DNA of 64,000 bases from Vicugna vicugna (lineage: Eukaryota), in NCBI GenBank assembly GCA_013265495.1, contig MU058868.1:310001-374000 (forward strand), written 5' to 3'. The position numbers and the translations under genes were made by a program. This document shows positions 10,517 to 20,887 of the stretch, one piece after another. The notes beneath the pieces were generated by a model. It worked only from the letters and a program-made list of their open reading frames with translations, did not search any database and was not told where the DNA came from. Within the stretch, counting starts at the first letter, position 1. Every line of letters begins with the position of its first letter.

Positions 10517-13500
10517 AGGGCTGGAGGGCTGCCAGGCACCAAGATACGGCTACCAGTCAGGTGTGCCCTTCCTGCTATGGGGGCAGCGGCCCAGGTCTGT
10601 CTGCCTGGATTCTAGCCTGGTGCTGACCCCCTGTGACTGTGGGCACACCTGCCTGGCCTCGCCACACCTCCGTCTTCTCTCGGGTGGGTGGGACCTGCCT
10701 CACAGGGCCAAGCATGAAGGTAAACAGTCCCTTTAGAGGACTCCCCCCGTGTCCCACACACGATAAACTAAGAGTGTGTTGCTGTTTTTCAGTTCTCCCA
10801 TCCTTAAAATGAATAGCAGGTGCCTGAGGAGCAAGGTAGGGAAGGGGGCTGGCCCCCTGGGGCTGCCGCAGCTCTGAGCGTTCTCCATGCGAGCGGGGAG
10901 GCCAGAGAGGCCACAAGGAGTCCCTCTGGTGGGGCTGCTGTCTCGGGAGGCCCTGATGGGGAGAACTCTCCCACACTCAGGGGACTTCCCCTAAGCCTCC
11001 CTGAAATCTCTGCGGCCTGCTGGAGAAGACCAGGAGCCCCACTTGGGGGCAGAGATGGGCATGGAAGCCCAGGGTGGCAGGGAGGGGAGGGTATCTCCAC
11101 ACCTGCAGTGAGGGCAGGGTAGTCGGGGCCCAGGACCCACGAAGATGCCTTCTCCCTCTCCACTCTCCTTGGAGAGTCTGTGTTGGGCCCCAAGAGCTCA
11201 CCCTGTCCTCCAGAGTCCAAGCCCAACCACCCAGGGCAGAGCCTGGGGCCTCCCTAGTGCCCTCTCCTGCCCCCGAGTTCCTGCCCAGACCCACTCAGCC
11301 CTGGGGGGAGATGTCTGCCCAAGGATGTGGTTTACCTGAGCCACGGGCCAGAGGGCAGGTGGGATGCGTCACCGCAGCCCGAGGCAGATAAGGCTCACAT
11401 CAGGGCCGGAGTGGGGGGCACCGCCGAGGGGCTCATATATGCTTATCTTCTGACCCAGCTACCGGCAGTGTGGCAGTGAGGGAACTCCCTGGGTGGCCCC
11501 TGTGGACAGAGATAGGGCCTGCCAGGTGGGGCCTCACCACCTTGGGGCATGGCGTGGAGGGCTCCTGCGTGCATGGAGACACCGTGGTGGGATGTGAGGG
11601 GGCAGGGTGGGGGGAGGGCAGGGGTGGCGCCTCCCCGTCTCAGGAGGTGGGAACCGGGATTTGGGGTGCTCTCTAGGCTTGGAGCAACTGTGGTGGGATT
11701 TTAGGCAGGTGGAGACGTTTCAGGGAGGCGCTGTTCTCAGCACTCACAGCACCTAGGTGCCTGGCCTTGGTTGCCTTGGTGGCAGGGAATCGGCCTTCTG
11801 CTGTCCCAGCCCCTGCCTAGTTGGGTGTCTAAAGAAGGTGAAGAAAGACAGTGGAGGTTTGGTGTCCTTTGAGAGACCGGCAGGACCCCGGGATCTAAGC
11901 CTCACCCACTGCGTGTCCCTCTGTTTCTCTGTGCTTTGAGGTCTGGGTCTTCATCCTGTGGCCTGGCCAGGCACACAGGTGAGTGTCTTGGGTCCTGGGG
12001 CCTTGCTGGCCAAGACCCAGTCTTCCCTTCACCCCAGTAGGCCCCCTGAACCGCAGACGTCTCTACCTCAGGCAGGGCCAGCAGGACCCTGGTGTGCAGA
12101 GTGATCTGCATGGGGCACCAGGTCTCCAGTGCCTTCTGCCTGCTGGAACCACCCTGGGCTTGCCTCCGGCTGAATCCTGTGCCACATGGTTATTTCCTTA
12201 AATATTGGTCTCTAAATCACCGTTTTAAGTTGTTGAGGACACTTATTTGGAAAGGAAACAGTGTATCCCTAACACAAGTGAAAGGCTGGGCAGACAGCAG
12301 TTCTCATCTCCAGGGCCCTGAGAACTGGACTCCAGCGCTCCCACTTCCAGAAGACAGGACTCGCCTCTCCCGCTAGCTGGCGGGCACCGTCCCACCCTAA
12401 AACCCAGATCAAGGCTAGAGGTTCTCCCCAGTGGCTGGTCTGTGTCCCACAGCCACAAGCCGCCTGCATCTCTCCGTCTGAGCACTCTCGGCCCTTCCTC
12501 GCGCGTGTACCCACCCCGGCCCTGCGCTCCCCTCACCACCCAGCAAGCGCGGCTGGGGACCCGTCCCGCGCCCCCTCCTGATTGCTGACCCAGTGGAGCA
12601 CGCACTGCCTCGTCCACACCCCGCGTGTGCCCCCCCCAACACTGGAGCACGCAAGGCCCAGGGTCCTGCCCCCGCCCCCCCCCAGCTCTCACCGGGCTGC
12701 TGCGTCCTTGCTGCGCACTCGCTCAGGGCCAGGGATGGGGGTGGGGGGATTCCTGGTGCAGCCTGGCGCACTCTGAATGAGGCCCTTGTGTAGCCGCTGC
12801 GGCTCAGCCCACGTGCAGGGCCAGGAGCTGGTAGCGACCTGCCTGTGCCTCGCGCCCAGGTTCCGCCCCTTGCAGGGCAACAGGATGACGAGGCTCTCGG
12901 GCTGGATGGTGGCCCGATCTGCGTCTGTGACCTAGGCTTCTCTGCAGGGGGAGTGCTGGGGTGGGTTGCGCTCTGCACCTTATGGCTCAGCCTCCTCCCT
13001 CGCTTTGATCTCTCAAATTCCCCTCCTAACGGGGGCTGAGACCGGTGGAGGCCTAGGCACCGACAGTGGGGCCCAAGGACTGTTCCCCAGGGTTCCTTGG
13101 CCTGAAGTCACCCCAGGGTTGGGTCTTCTGGTCCCGAGGGGCAGGTGTACTGGCTGGCCTCCAGGGCATCCCGGGGTGCTGAGGCTGGACGGGTCAGGAG
13201 TAGCAGGCTGGGGATGGCTCTGCGGCTGGGGCTTCTCTCGTGGCGCCCTGCTGGCCCAGGGCACTGAGCGTGGGAACAGCATTTACCCGAGGCCAGGTCC
13301 ACTTCTGCCCCGAGTCTTCCTAGCGCTGCCAGGATCTGCGGAGAAATCCTGGAACCTGTGCCTGTGCCTCCACTTTACATGTGGCGCCCGTCGCCCATGC
13401 CTACGCCCCTACCCCCCCACCTGTGGGACTTTGGAACCCATCTGCTGTTGCGCATTTAATTTTTACCCAAGTGTTTGTTTTCTTTCTTTGCTACCGGTTG

Positions 13501-13892
13501 TGACCTTTGGAGTGGGGGAGGGGCCGGTCCCCGCTGCGCATGTGCTGTGGGGCTGGGCCCCAGAGGCGGGAAGAGGCAGCTGGCACAGCCTGTCCTGCGA
13601 GCGCAAGCAGGGTGTGCGACCAGGCAGGAGCCAGAGGTACCTGTGCGTGGTGGCGGGACCTGGGCCCAGGCTCGGCCTTGGCTTTGTGCAAAGTGAGGAG
13701 TGGGGGAGAGGAGACGCGCAAGGGAGGTGTTGGCTTGTCCAGATCCTCGCTGTGTTGGGAGGACAGCGCTGGGCTGGCCTGCTTGGTGTGGGATGGGGAG
13801 GCTCACAGACCAAGAACAGTTCCGGGCGGGATTCCACCGACATCCCTCCTCGCCCCACCCCCGCCGCCGCGCACGCGGCACAAACCCGGCAG

Positions 13893-13906
13893 CCACGAGA
13901 GGGCGC
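13893..13906 (+). promoter_or_regulatory. CTCF-like site CCACGAGAGGGCGC in a small CpG patch of IDUA intron 2
   Basis: 13/14 match to CCASYAGRKGGCRS. Confidence 0.55.
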
Positions 13907-14454
13907 AGTTGCACTCCCGGTGAGACGTTTCCGCCCCCCTCCCTCAGGTCTGTTGATGCGCCAGGCTTGTCCTCACTGGAAGCCCTCAGGCCCCCTACCA
14001 GCCCACCTGCCTGTGCTCCTCACCAGCCAAGACCCGCAGCCTGAGCTCACCGCTGGCTGCTGCATCGCCCTCAGCTCCAGGCGGGGTGCTCTGCTCGTCC
14101 CGCTCCCTGGCCTAGGCCTGACCACCGAGCACCAGCTTCCTGGCCCAGCCCCCAACACCAGGTCCACCTCTGGGTGTCCACTTCCACAGGGCAGATCCGA
14201 GCCCTGTCTGACTCCCAGTTTATCCCTGCCTGCTTCTGCCAACTGCATCCCACCCCCAGTTGCTTGAGCAAGTCCCAGGGGTTGGGCTGAACTCCCCTTT
14301 CCAGCTCACCTCCAGTCCATCAGCAGCCATGTCCCCTCTACCTCGGAAATCCAGCTGCTCCTGCGCCCTCTGGACACCACCCAGTCCAGGCACCTCTCCT
14401 CTCCCTGAAGGACTTTCTCCCAGCTCCCACTCTCGCTCCAACTGGCCAAGGAAG

Positions 14455-14945
14455 GGATCGTTTCAAAACATCATGGCAAAGGCAAAACTATGGAAGTGGG
14501 GAGGGTATAGCTCAAGCAGTAGAGCGCATGCTTAGCATGCGTGAGGTCCTGGGTTCAATCCCCAGTACCTCCTCTAAAAATAAGCAAATAAACTTAATTA
14601 CCTCTCCCGGCCAAAGAAAAAGGCAAGACTATGGAGACAGTAAAAAGATTAGGGGTTGGAGGGCAGGGAGAACAGGGGGTGCACAGAGGGTTTCCAGGGC
14701 TGGGAAACCGCTGTGTGATACTGCAGTGGTAGACACACTCACAGAGTGCACTTCTCCTGTGAACCCTAATGTAAACCATGGATCTGGGGGGATTGTGATG
14801 TGTCAGTGTAGGGTTGTCAGTCATAACAAATATTCTGACATGCTGGTCGTGGGGGAGGCTGTGCCTGTGGGGTGGGGCAGTGGGTAAATGGGAAATCTCT
14901 GTACTTTCCTCTCCATTTTGCTCTAAAAAAAATTGTCTTAAACAC
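14455..14945 (+). mobile_element. Ancient L1 3' end (L1MC-like) interrupted by the SINE
   Basis: AAAACTATGGAGACAGTAAAAAGAT...GTGAACCCTAATGTAAAC...GGGAAATCTCTGTAC...GCTCTAAAAAAA resemble recalled L1MC 3'UTR consensus. Confidence 0.75.
14498..14618 (+). mobile_element. tRNA-Ala(AGC)-derived SINE resembling camelid Vic-1
   Basis: GGGGAGGGTATAGCTCAAG...CTTAGCAT...GGTTCAATCCCCAGTACCTCC head with A and B boxes, AAATAAACTTAATTACCTCTCC tail, 17-bp TSD aaaggcaa[a/g]actatgga at 14478-14494 and 14619-14635. Confidence 0.85.
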
Positions 14946-15861
14946 ACATGCATACACACAGTGTCACAGCACTGCTCTGCTTGGATTCCTGAAAGGACTC
15001 CCTTATTTCACCCTGAGTCAATTCCTTGTATGACCTCATTGCTCAGAACTCACACCCTTATTCTGCCCCTGGCCCACTAGCTGCCTTTCTGCTGCTTGAC
15101 CACCAAGAGTTCATTTCTACCTCAGGGCCTTTGCACATGCCTTCCATCTATTCCCCAAGGCATTCTCATTGCTGCCTGGATCAATCACTTGGTAGGTCTT
15201 AGATGTCACCTCGCAGAGGCCCTCCCTGCCTGACCCTTTGCTCTGTGTCACATCCCCTTCAAGTCACGTCTGATGTGCTCCTAAAGATTTGAGTAGTTAC
15301 CTGACAATGCCTGTACCCTTTCGGACTATAAGCCCCATGGGAATTGACCCAGGTCTGGGAAAAGTGCGGGGTGGGGGGAGAGGGGACGGGAGGCTGCCCT
15401 TCCTTTTCTCCTGCCTGTCCCTATTGCCTCTCAAAGTGTGGGAGCCGGGGCAGGAGTCCTGTTGAGCCAAGTCTGGGGCCCTAACCACCAGGAGGAGCAG
15501 GGCAGCAGGATATGGTAACTGCCGGGCCCCTCTAGGCTCTAATCCCACAGCCTCCCACTTCACTGCACCCCACCCCCCACTCCATCCTCTTGTACCTGCC
15601 CCATCCCACTCCTGAGCCCCAGGCTGTTCTGAGTCCCTGAAGGCTTGGAGTGGGATTCCAGTACAGGCACACTAGTTCATACTAGGCTGTGAGTGTCTAA
15701 TAGGCTGACATCATTCATGTTTTCCGAGGAGAGGGGCCCATTTTGAATCGGGAGCCTAGTCCTGCGTGGCACCTTGCAGGCTCCCTACCTGCTTGAATGT
15801 GGCCATAGTTCCAGACCCGAGCCCACCTTTCCCAACCCTGATATTAAATGTCCTTCTACAG

Positions 15862-15947
15862 GGGGTCAGCTGGGCATGGCCTGAGCTACAACTTCACTCA
15901 GCTGGACCGGTACCTGGACCTTCTCAGGGAGAACCAGCTCCTCCCGG
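15862..15947 (+). CDS. IDUA: IDUA exon 3
   Basis: tacag| [29 protein letters not shown]|gtaagc; 86 nt. Confidence 0.97.
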
Positions 15948-16091
15948 GTAAGCAGCCAGCATCACCTTTGTATGACTGGCCCAACCCCCTCCCCTTCTCC
16001 TGGCCCTTCCGGGTCCTCCTGGTTGCCCACTCAGGGCCAGCTTCAGTGCTGGCCTGCTGAGTAATGGGACAGCCTCCCTCATGTGCTGCAG

Positions 16092-16199
16092 GCTTTGAGC
16101 TGATGGGCAGCCCCTCCGGACACTTCACCGACTTTGAGGACAAGCAGCAGGTGTTTGAGTGGAAGAACCTGGTCTCCCTCCTGGCCAGGAGATACATCG
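16092..16199 (+). CDS. IDUA: IDUA exon 4
   Basis: tgcag| [35 protein letters not shown], |gtgggc; 108 nt. Confidence 0.97.
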
Positions 16200-16363
16200 G
16201 TGGGCAGGGCGCATGCCCTGGGGGGACAGGGTGGGCACTTCTGGGCAGGCTCTCCCCCCCACACCACCCAGTCCACCCTGCTGGAATTCTCTGTCATGAA
16301 CCTACTGAGCCAGGACCTTCTGATCGTGGAGAGAAGCCAGGCAGGGTAGGGGTGAGCTCCTAG

Positions 16364-16594
<231 letters not shown>

Positions 16595-16670
16595 TGAGTC
16601 CTGCAGATCTGAGAGGGGGTGGCAGCAGCCTCTAGTGCGGGGATGTGGACCCTGTGTCCCTCTTGCCCAG

Positions 16671-16873
16671 GCTTCTTGAACTACTACGATGCCTGCTCTG
16701 AGGGTCTGCGTGCTGCCAGCCCGGTTCTGCGCCTGGGTGGCCCTGGGGACTCCTTCCACCCACCACCGGGCTCCCCACTGTGCTGGGGCCTCCTGGGACA
16801 CTGTCACAATGGCACAAACTTCTTCACCGGGGAGGTGGGCGTGCGGCTGGACTACATCTCCCTCCACAAGAAG
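16671..16873 (+). CDS. IDUA: IDUA exon 6
   Basis: cccag| [16 protein letters not shown]...[13 protein letters not shown]|gtacct; 203 nt. Confidence 0.97.
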
Positions 16874-17030
16874 GTACCTGGGGGTCCCCACCATTCTGCA
16901 CACCTGGACCCCAAACAGTGCCCGGGGGGCTCCCGTGGGTGGGGCTGCCCCGGGATCCCCACTGCTGCCTGCAGCCCCGCTGCCTGCTGGCAGTGGTCAC
17001 GGGGGCTGCTCAGTCAGGGCCACTACACAG

Positions 17031-17210
17031 GGCGCAGGCAGCTCCATCCGCATCCTGGAGCAGGAGGTGGCAGTCGTGGGGCAGATACAGCGGCTCTTCC
17101 CCAAGTTCACTGACACCCCCCTTTACAATGATGAGGCGGACCCACTGGTGGGCTGGTCCCTGCCGCAGCCCTGGAGGGCCGACGTGACCTACGCTGCCAT
17201 GGTCGTGAAG
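17031..17210 (+). CDS. IDUA: IDUA exon 7 (nucleophile YNDEADP)
   Basis: acag| [12 protein letters not shown]...[32 protein letters not shown]|gtgggc; 180 nt. Confidence 0.97.
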
Positions 17211-17322
17211 GTGGGCCCAGCCCCAGGACGCCCCCAGGAGCAGCCTTCCTCCTGGATGGGGTGGGGGTGGGGTGGGCGGGTGGCCGGGTTGGCCGCGGTC
17301 CCAGCTGCCCCTCGGCTCGCAG

Positions 17323-17539
17323 GTCATCGCGCAGCACCAGAACCTGCTGGTGGCCAACACCAGCTCCGCCGTGCACTACGCGCTCCTGAGCAATGACAAC
17401 GCTTTCCTGAGTTACCACCCGCACCCCTTCTCACAGCGCACACTCACCGCACGCTTCCAGGTCAACAACACACGCCCACCGCACGTGCAGCTGCTGCGCA
17501 AGCCAGTGCTCACAGCCATGGCACTACTGGCCCTGCTGG
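17323..17539 (+). CDS. IDUA: IDUA exon 8
   Basis: gcag| [14 protein letters not shown]...[15 protein letters not shown]|gtgagc; 217 nt. Confidence 0.97.
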
Positions 17540-17835
17540 GTGAGCTGCGTGCTGGGTCCCACGTTGCTGCCTGCCAGGGAGGGCCGAGCCGAGGTCTCAG
17601 CTGGACAGGAAGGCCGTTCTAGGCCAGGAGGAGCTTGTGCAGAGGCCCAGGGGTGGATGTGCCCTGCTGGGGACCGGGGCGCATGTTTCTTGTCCTCCCC
17701 TCCCCCAGCTCAGTGGGTCTCAGAGGTGGCGGTGTGGCCGGGGGCCTCCAGTGGAGGAGGGGCAAATGGTGGGAAGCCAGGCCTAGGGAGGGCAGAGGGG
17801 TGACGACTCTGCGTGGTGACCCCCTTGGCCTGCAG

Positions 17836-18048
17836 ACGGTGAGCAGCTCTGGGCCGAGGTGTCTCAGGCTGGGATGGTGCTGGACAGCAACCACACGGTG
17901 GGCGTCCTGGCCAGCACCCACCGCCCAACTGGCCCCGCTGACACCTGGCGTGCCACGGTGCTGGTCTACGCGAGCAATGACACCCATGCCCACGCCAACC
18001 GCAGCGTCACCTTGACCCTACGCCTGCATGGGGTGCCCCCCGGCCCAG
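17836..18048 (+). CDS. IDUA: IDUA exon 9
   Basis: tgcag| [26 protein letters not shown]...GVPPGP, AG|gtgagc; 213 nt. Confidence 0.97.
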
Positions 18049-18133
18049 GTGAGCAGGGAGCCCGGGTAGCTCCGGTGGGGGGTGGGGCAGGGCCTGGAGG
18101 GGCAAGGCATGGCCCCAGCATCTGGCTCTGCAG

Positions 18134-18255
18134 GGCTCGTCTTTGTAACACTCTACATGGACAACTGGTCCTGCAGCCCCCACCGTGAGTGGCAGCGCCT
18201 CGGCAGGCCGGTCTTCCCCTCTGCGGAGCAGTTCCAGCGCATGCGCGCGGCTGAG
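18134..18255 (+). CDS. IDUA: IDUA exon 10
   Basis: tgcag| [40 protein letters not shown], weak donor GAG|gtctgc; 122 nt. Confidence 0.94.
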
Positions 18256-18332
18256 GTCTGCGGGGAGGGTGAGGTGGAGGGCAGAGAGGCTCCAGAGGTC
18301 TGAGGGCCCTGAGCACCTGACCCTGTCCACAG

Positions 18333-18458
18333 GACCCGGTGGCCGTGACGCCGCGCCCCTTCCCCACCAGTGGCCAGCTGACCCTGAGTCCCGAGCTTCC
18401 CCTGCCCTCACTCCTGCTGGTGCACGTGTGTGCGCGCCCTCAGGAGCCCCCAGGCCAG
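18333..18458 (+). CDS. IDUA: IDUA exon 11
   Basis: acag| [42 protein letters not shown], non-canonical donor CAG|gcaagt; 126 nt. Confidence 0.94.
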
Positions 18459-18555
18459 GCAAGTGGTAGCTCCGTGTCCCCCACTCAGGTGTCCCCCTGC
18501 TCAGGCCCGCACCCCCGGCCCCTCACCCCCGAGTCACGGTGCCTCACTCCTCCAG

Positions 18556-18632
18556 GTGACTCGGCTCCGTGCTCTGCCCTTGACCCGTGGGCAGCTGCTT
18601 TTGGTCTGGTCGGATGTGCGTGTGGGCTCCAA
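18556..18632 (+). CDS. IDUA: IDUA exon 12
   Basis: ccag| [27 protein letters not shown]|gtgcgt; 77 nt. Confidence 0.96.
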
Positions 18633-19018
18633 GTGCGTGAGTGCAGTCCTACCCCTACACCCCCTAAATCTGTTCCTTTCTACCTGTGTCCTTGGCCCCC
18701 AAATCCTCCAGGCTGTAGTGCCCACGTGGCCACTTGGCTGTGGCCCTCCAACCGTCGCACCTCTGCCCCCTCTACACCCACCCCACTGTGGGCACAGAGG
18801 CCCACGACTCTCAGCTGTCTGATGTAGGGTGACATTTGCAGGTGGCACTGGGGCTCCAGCCCCATCTTCTCAGCCAGTGTGGCCCTGTGTCACTGCAGGA
18901 AGAGTGTCCCAGCCCCGGGGAGGGTTCAGGAAGGGGGCTGGAGGGAGTAGGGCCCTGGGTCTGCTCTGCCTGTCAGTCCACCTGGACCCCAGCGCTGGTC
19001 CTGACTGACCTTCCCCAG

Positions 19019-19119
19019 GTGCCTGTGGACCTATGAGATCCAGTTCTCCCCGGATGGTGGGGCGTACGCGCCCATCAGCAGGAAGCCTTCGACCTTTAAC
19101 CTCTTCGTGTTCAGCCCAG
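19019..19119 (+). CDS. IDUA: IDUA exon 13
   Basis: cccag| [35 protein letters not shown]|gtgtgc; 101 nt. Confidence 0.96.
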
Positions 19120-19256
19120 GTGTGCCTGCCGCCTCAGCACAGGGCCTGGTGGGGTGGAGTCCAGGGCCTTTCAAAGCCTGGAGCTGGGGGCCTTTAGGAC
19201 TTCGGGGGATCGGGGGGCTCACACTCAAGACCACACATGTACCTTTGTGTCCCCAG

Positions 19257-19363
19257 ACGGGGCCGTCATCTCTGGCTCCTACCGGGTTCGTGCAGTGGAC
19301 TACTGGGCCCGGCCAGGCCCCTTCTCGAGTTCTGTGCAGTATCTGGAGGTCCCGGCACCCTGA
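19257..19363 (+). CDS. IDUA: IDUA exon 14 coding part
   Basis: cccag| [34 protein letters not shown] then TGA at 19361-19363. Confidence 0.95.
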
Positions 19364-20512
19364 GGGCCGCTGCTGCCCGGCGATGAGCCTGTGCTGACCG
19401 GTGAGCTGGGGCGGCCAGGGGCCATGCTGGGCTGGACCACCATCAGCCTGTCCGACGGTCACCCCCTCTGTTTGCCCCTCCTGCCCCTCACTCAACCTCT
19501 TAAAGTGCCTTTCCACACACAGTCTCCGGGAAAGCCTTTGTCAGGGGCGCTAGGCAGATGTGGGGCCTGTTGGTCAGAGCCCCCTCCCCACCTGTGGGAG
19601 CTGGGATGGGGTGCAGGTTGAGGCAGACAGGTGTGAGCTGCGGGAGGGCGAGGTGTGGACTGCACTGGAGTTAGGGTCTCTGGTGTCACCTCCGGGAGCA
19701 GCAGGCCCCACCACTCCCGTCTCCTGCAGGGTGGGGGCTGAGGGTGCCCTGCGAGTGGAGTGTGCCTGGGACAGAGCCCAGAGGGTTATCCACTCCCTGA
19801 GGCCCAGCCAGGCTGTCCCCTACCCCTTGCCAGGCTGCCTGGCCCAGACTGTCTCCAGCAGAAGAAATGGCCAGCAGTGTCCACTCTTGGTCATCCTAGC
19901 TCCTTGTCTGGGCCCAGAAGGAAACAGATGGCGTATTCATGACCTGGGGACTGTTTATAGAGATATGGGCAGGGGGCAGGGAAGCCACAGTGGGTGGTGC
20001 CGAGCCCCGGGGCTCCTCCCCACAGCCACCTCTGCCCCAGGGCAGGTGGAGAGACGGAGGAATGAGGGGAGGAGCTGCCCAGCAAAGACCTTCAGCTCAG
20101 GGATGCACCAGCCTGGGGCCACTGCCAGCAGAAGTGGGGGCCCCGACCCCATGCTCCTCTCTCCACTGCCCACCCCAAGCTGCCTGGGCACAAGGGTGGT
20201 GGGGCCGTGGGCCTGGAAGGCAGATGGAAGACCAGGCCCAGTCACCCCTCTGGCTCCCCTGAAACCTATCACCCCCCATCCATGTGGAAACTCAGGGGAC
20301 ACCAGTTCCCACCAGCAGTCTCGTCTTGGGCAAGAGATGTTTGGCCACATTTCTGCATGAACCACAAAGCCAGTCCCTGGTCTGGGGACTTCAGGGCTTG
20401 GTGACTGGGGGACCCAGACCGTCTTGCTGGGGCCCCGTTGTGACCATACAAGGGGCACTAGGGGTGCCTGGTGGGCATTGTTCCTGTGCATTGTCATCCT
20501 GCCTCATCACGA

Positions 20513-20887
20513 TGTGCTGTCTGAGCCTGGCCCCCGTGACAGAGCATGGTGGGCTGGCGGCCCGAGCAGCGGTCACTCCTCTCCTCCCAGACCTGGAGAC
20601 CAGAGTCTGAGGTCAGGGTGCTGGGGGGCTGGTTCCTCCTGAGACCTCTCTCCTTGGCTTGCACAAGGCCGCCTTCTCCCATGTTGTTATGTGGCCGTCC
20701 CTCTGTGTGTGTCTGTGTCCTAATCTCTTCTTACAAGGCCACCAGCCAGGTGAGATTAGGGCCCACCCACATGACCTCATTGCAATCACCTCTTTAGAGG
20801 ACTATCTCCAAATACAACCACATTCTGAGGTCCTGGGGGTTAGAACTCAATGTATGAATTTTGGAGGACACAGTTCTGCCCGTAACA
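20513..20887 (-). mobile_element. MaLR solo LTR (MLT1A/B-like)
   Basis: TG...CA ends, about 375 bp; ctaatctcttcttacaagg, gattagggcccaccc, ctatctccaaatac, cattctgaggtcctgggggttag, tatgaattttggaggacaca are hallmark MLT1 blocks. Confidence 0.85.

Larger units (their letters stand above)
14150..15280 (+). mobile_element. Degenerate L2 LINE pieces (about 14150-14340 and 15050-15280) flanking the L1MC/SINE insertion
   Basis: cccagttgctt..., cctcagggcctttgcacatgc and atgtcacctc...gaggcctccctg resemble the L2 3' region. Confidence 0.55.

Noticed and set aside
12966-14267. 433-aa minus-strand ORF as a new nested gene
   Set aside because: Low-complexity G/P/R/L composition, non-ATG start, no recognisable domain, runs into an L2 remnant; expected by chance in GC-rich DNA
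14498-14572. Functional tRNA-Ala(AGC) gene
   Set aside because: Irregular acceptor stem, SINE-type tail and flanking 17-bp TSD indicate a retroposed SINE
19361-19366. Programmed stop-codon read-through of IDUA
   Set aside because: Context is TGA-GGG, not the TGA-CTAG/CARYYA read-through motif
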